64,000 bases of DNA from Aplysia californica. Lineage: Eukaryota. The stretch is from NCBI RefSeq assembly GCF_000002075.1, contig NW_004798020.1:44550-108549 (forward strand), read 5' to 3'. The position numbers and the translations under genes are program-made. Positions 61,414 to 64,000 of this stretch are shown here, piece after piece. Within the stretch, counting starts at the first letter, position 1. Each line of letters opens with the position of its first letter. The notes below the pieces were generated by a model. That model made no database searches. It was not told the DNA's origin and saw nothing but the letters and a program-made list of their open reading frames with translations.

Positions 61414-62541
61414 ACAGCTGCAGTTTTCCCCGACACATAAGGGTCAAATGAGCCTTTCTCCGAAATGGTCTTCATATGTTGCAGTATGTTGGTGGGGGCA
61501 TGAAATGTTTGCAATGTTCTACATTTTTACAACGTATGCGTTACATCTATGCAGAAACTATATTATTATACGTCATATATCTGTATATAAATATATTTTT
61601 TATATGCATGAATATTGAATATAATCAAATGATTCAGTAAGCAGTATTCTGAGGATCATATTTTTATTTGAACATTTGGTGAATTTCATGTTGCTAGACC
61701 ATTCTGCTTTATGNNNNNNNNNNNNNNNNNNNNNNNNNNNNNNNNNNNNNNNNNNNNNNNNNNNNNNNNNNNNNNNNNNNNNNNNNNNNNNNNNNNNNNN
61801 NNNNNNNNNNNNNNNNNNNNNNNNNNNNNNNNNNNNNNNNNNNNNNNNNNNNNGTGTGTGTATGATGCTTTTAAGCTTCTTTGGCCCCCCACTTTCTGTA
61901 ATATCATTTTATTTCAGAATTTGTGCAAATTTGTAGTTTGAAGAATTGTACATGCTGAAAGTGACATCTATTTTACCATACATCCTGATATTGCCTGGTT
62001 TGGGTGTTATTTTCATTATTTGTTATCGTTCTTTTCTCCTCAAATATTAATGTTATTCCTAAACTCGCTTTTTTTTCTTTTTTTTTTTTTAAAGCATAGA
62101 AAAAGTCGATTTTGGGGGACAAAAATAGAGAATGGACAAAGCTGATGACAATACAGCTGATAAAGAACAAAGAGGTTGTAAAGTGTCAAAACAAAAATAG
62201 AGAAGGTTGATGAAGAAATACTTGATACAGATTGAAAAAAGTCCAAATTTAGAGATAAGCATGCAGATGACGAAAATATAACTGTTTCATGTNNNNNNNN
62301 NNNNNNNNNNNNNNNNNNNNNNNNNNNNNNNNNNNNNNNNNNNNNNNNNNNNNNNNNNNNNNNNNNNNNNNNNNNNNNNNNNNNNNNNNNNNNNNNNNNN
62401 NNNNNNNNNNNNNNNNNNNNNCATACTTGCACCAGGATTATTATATCATGTGAATTGATAGCCAGTAATGTCTTGTACAATCCTGACAATGTTTTTCTAG
62501 TCTTTCCTCTCACATTTGATCACGACAAGATGAGTACTTCA

Positions 62542-62918
62542 CCCCCCGGGGCAGTGCCACTTTAGGCCATTCCCAAAGGGGGGACATTTCTCGTTCAAGC
62601 ACAGTAGAATTGTAAATGGGCTGATTCATCATGTCACGCTAATAATTGTGCCTGATCTACAAAAGGGGAACTGTTGCTTTTTCTTTCCTAATCCTTACTA
62701 TCATTTTCCTCTACTTCTTTTGTATGTTTGTCACACTCTTGTGACCTATTTCCAGGGTGCCTTGATAGTCGAAGCAGACCTTGTGCTGTTGAAACTAGAG
62801 AGGTGAGCAGAATAAGTCTGATTCCCTGTAAAGACTTCTCTGTTGACACCCACCCCTTGGCGCTCATATGACCTAATGCAGTTGCGAGCGCCGTAAAACC
62901 CTCTACTATAAAAAAAAA
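62542..62918 (+). mobile_element. Retroposed insert with the shared SINE/LINE tail and polyA, between 58-bp direct repeats
   Basis: Ends ggcgctcatatgacctaatgcagttgcgagcgccgtaaaaccctctactataaaaaaaaa. Flanking repeats at 62484-62541 and 62919-62976. Confidence 0.7.
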
Positions 62919-62977
62919 TGACAATGTTTCTCTAGTCTTACCTCTCACATTTGATCACGACAAGATGAGTACTTCAG

Positions 62978-63222
62978 GTTTTAGTACTGAAGACTGCTTT
63001 ATCAAGCAGACTCTAGTTTTTAGTACAAGGACTGCTTTATGATACTTTATCAAGCAGACTCTAGTTTTTAGTACAGAGGCCTGTTTTATCAAGGAGACTC
63101 TAGTTTTTAGTACACAGGACTGCTTTATCAAGGAGACTCTAGTTTTTAGTACACAGGACTGCTTTATCAAGGAGACTCTAGTTTTTAGTACCCAGGACTG
63201 CTTTATCAAGCAGACTCTAGTC
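62978..63222. repeat. ~36-39-bp minisatellite, ~6 copies
   Basis: Units of ttttagtacacaggactgctttatcaaggagactctagt. Confidence 0.9.
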
Positions 63223-64000
63223 AATAACTTCCCTATGGTTGCTGGATGCCTTATGTTCTTTTCAGTAGGATCAGGATTTTCAGTAACAAAGAATAGTTGT
63301 ACTTTTGTCATTAAAAAGTCATTTTTATCAACGTTCTTTTCAAGAAAAATCTGCTGTGCTGAATTTTAAATTCTAGTACTAGTAAGTATGTCTCTGAGTT
63401 ACGCATGCATTTTTTACCTGTTTGTGTGTGTTAACCTTTGCACTTATTACCAAAGGTACATGTAGCGTGACTGATGAGATTTGAATTTTATTCTATAATC
63501 AGCTTTTTTATGCGTTGTTTGCTATTCAGTGCTTTCAAGAGAAGTTTGAGATTTGGCTGAATAATTGTATGTATCGTGTATGTGACATTTTGGAAGGTTC
63601 ATTATTGAAACCAGAATAAAGAAAATGTGAGATGAGTCAAAACTTAGTCTGTCACTTCTGTCAGTTTGTCTTACAAAATGATAAAATGGATATTGCAATT
63701 AGTTTGCATGGACAACAAAATACTATTTTTATGCAGAAACTAAAAGAAAATCAATTTCAATTTTTTTTCTTATTTCTGTGCGCATTATTGTGCTTTCAGC
63801 TACTTGCACAGCTGTCGTGAATGAAACGGGGTCCAAATTTGAATATGTATGGTGTACAAATGTATTACAGTCTTCTGTGTAAGTGAAATGACAACCATCC
63901 ATTGGTCAAACCATTTTCATGATGCACTGGAAGGTCCGTCATGGTCCAGATGTTGAAATGACACACCAACCAACCCCTTTAAAATAAACAAAATACATGG

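Overview
Eukaryotic, AT-rich, intron-rich draft genomic DNA with 5 N-gaps. It is most likely an invertebrate such as a gastropod mollusc; this is inferred from repeat style and protein divergence, not proven. Five spliced genes were reconstructed by hand, with reading frame kept across GT-AG junctions: (1) the 3' half of an EVA1C/eva-1-like receptor (+, 1783-5703); (2) a complete CFAP298/C21orf59/kurly gene (-, 7 coding exons, 290 aa); (3) a TMEM216-like ciliary transition-zone gene (+), head-to-head with CFAP298; (4) a class I SAM methyltransferase (-, 6 coding exons); (5) an ENPP4/5-like ectonucleotide pyrophosphatase (+, 4 coding exons). Introns and intergenic DNA are full of MITEs, non-autonomous hAT/piggyBac/Tc1-type elements with readable TSDs, tRNA-derived SINEs, RTE/L2/RNase-H LINE ends, and mini/microsatellites. 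Highlights: a U12-type (minor spliceosome) intron directly after a 17-nt microexon in the TMEM216-like gene; an EVA1C-CFAP298 tail-to-tail arrangement that mirrors human 21q22; twin alternative terminal mini-exons in TMEM216; tandemly duplicated decoy splice acceptors in CFAP298; and a 3'UTR triplication with copy-specific polyA signals. No CRISPR, rRNA or true tRNA genes are supported.
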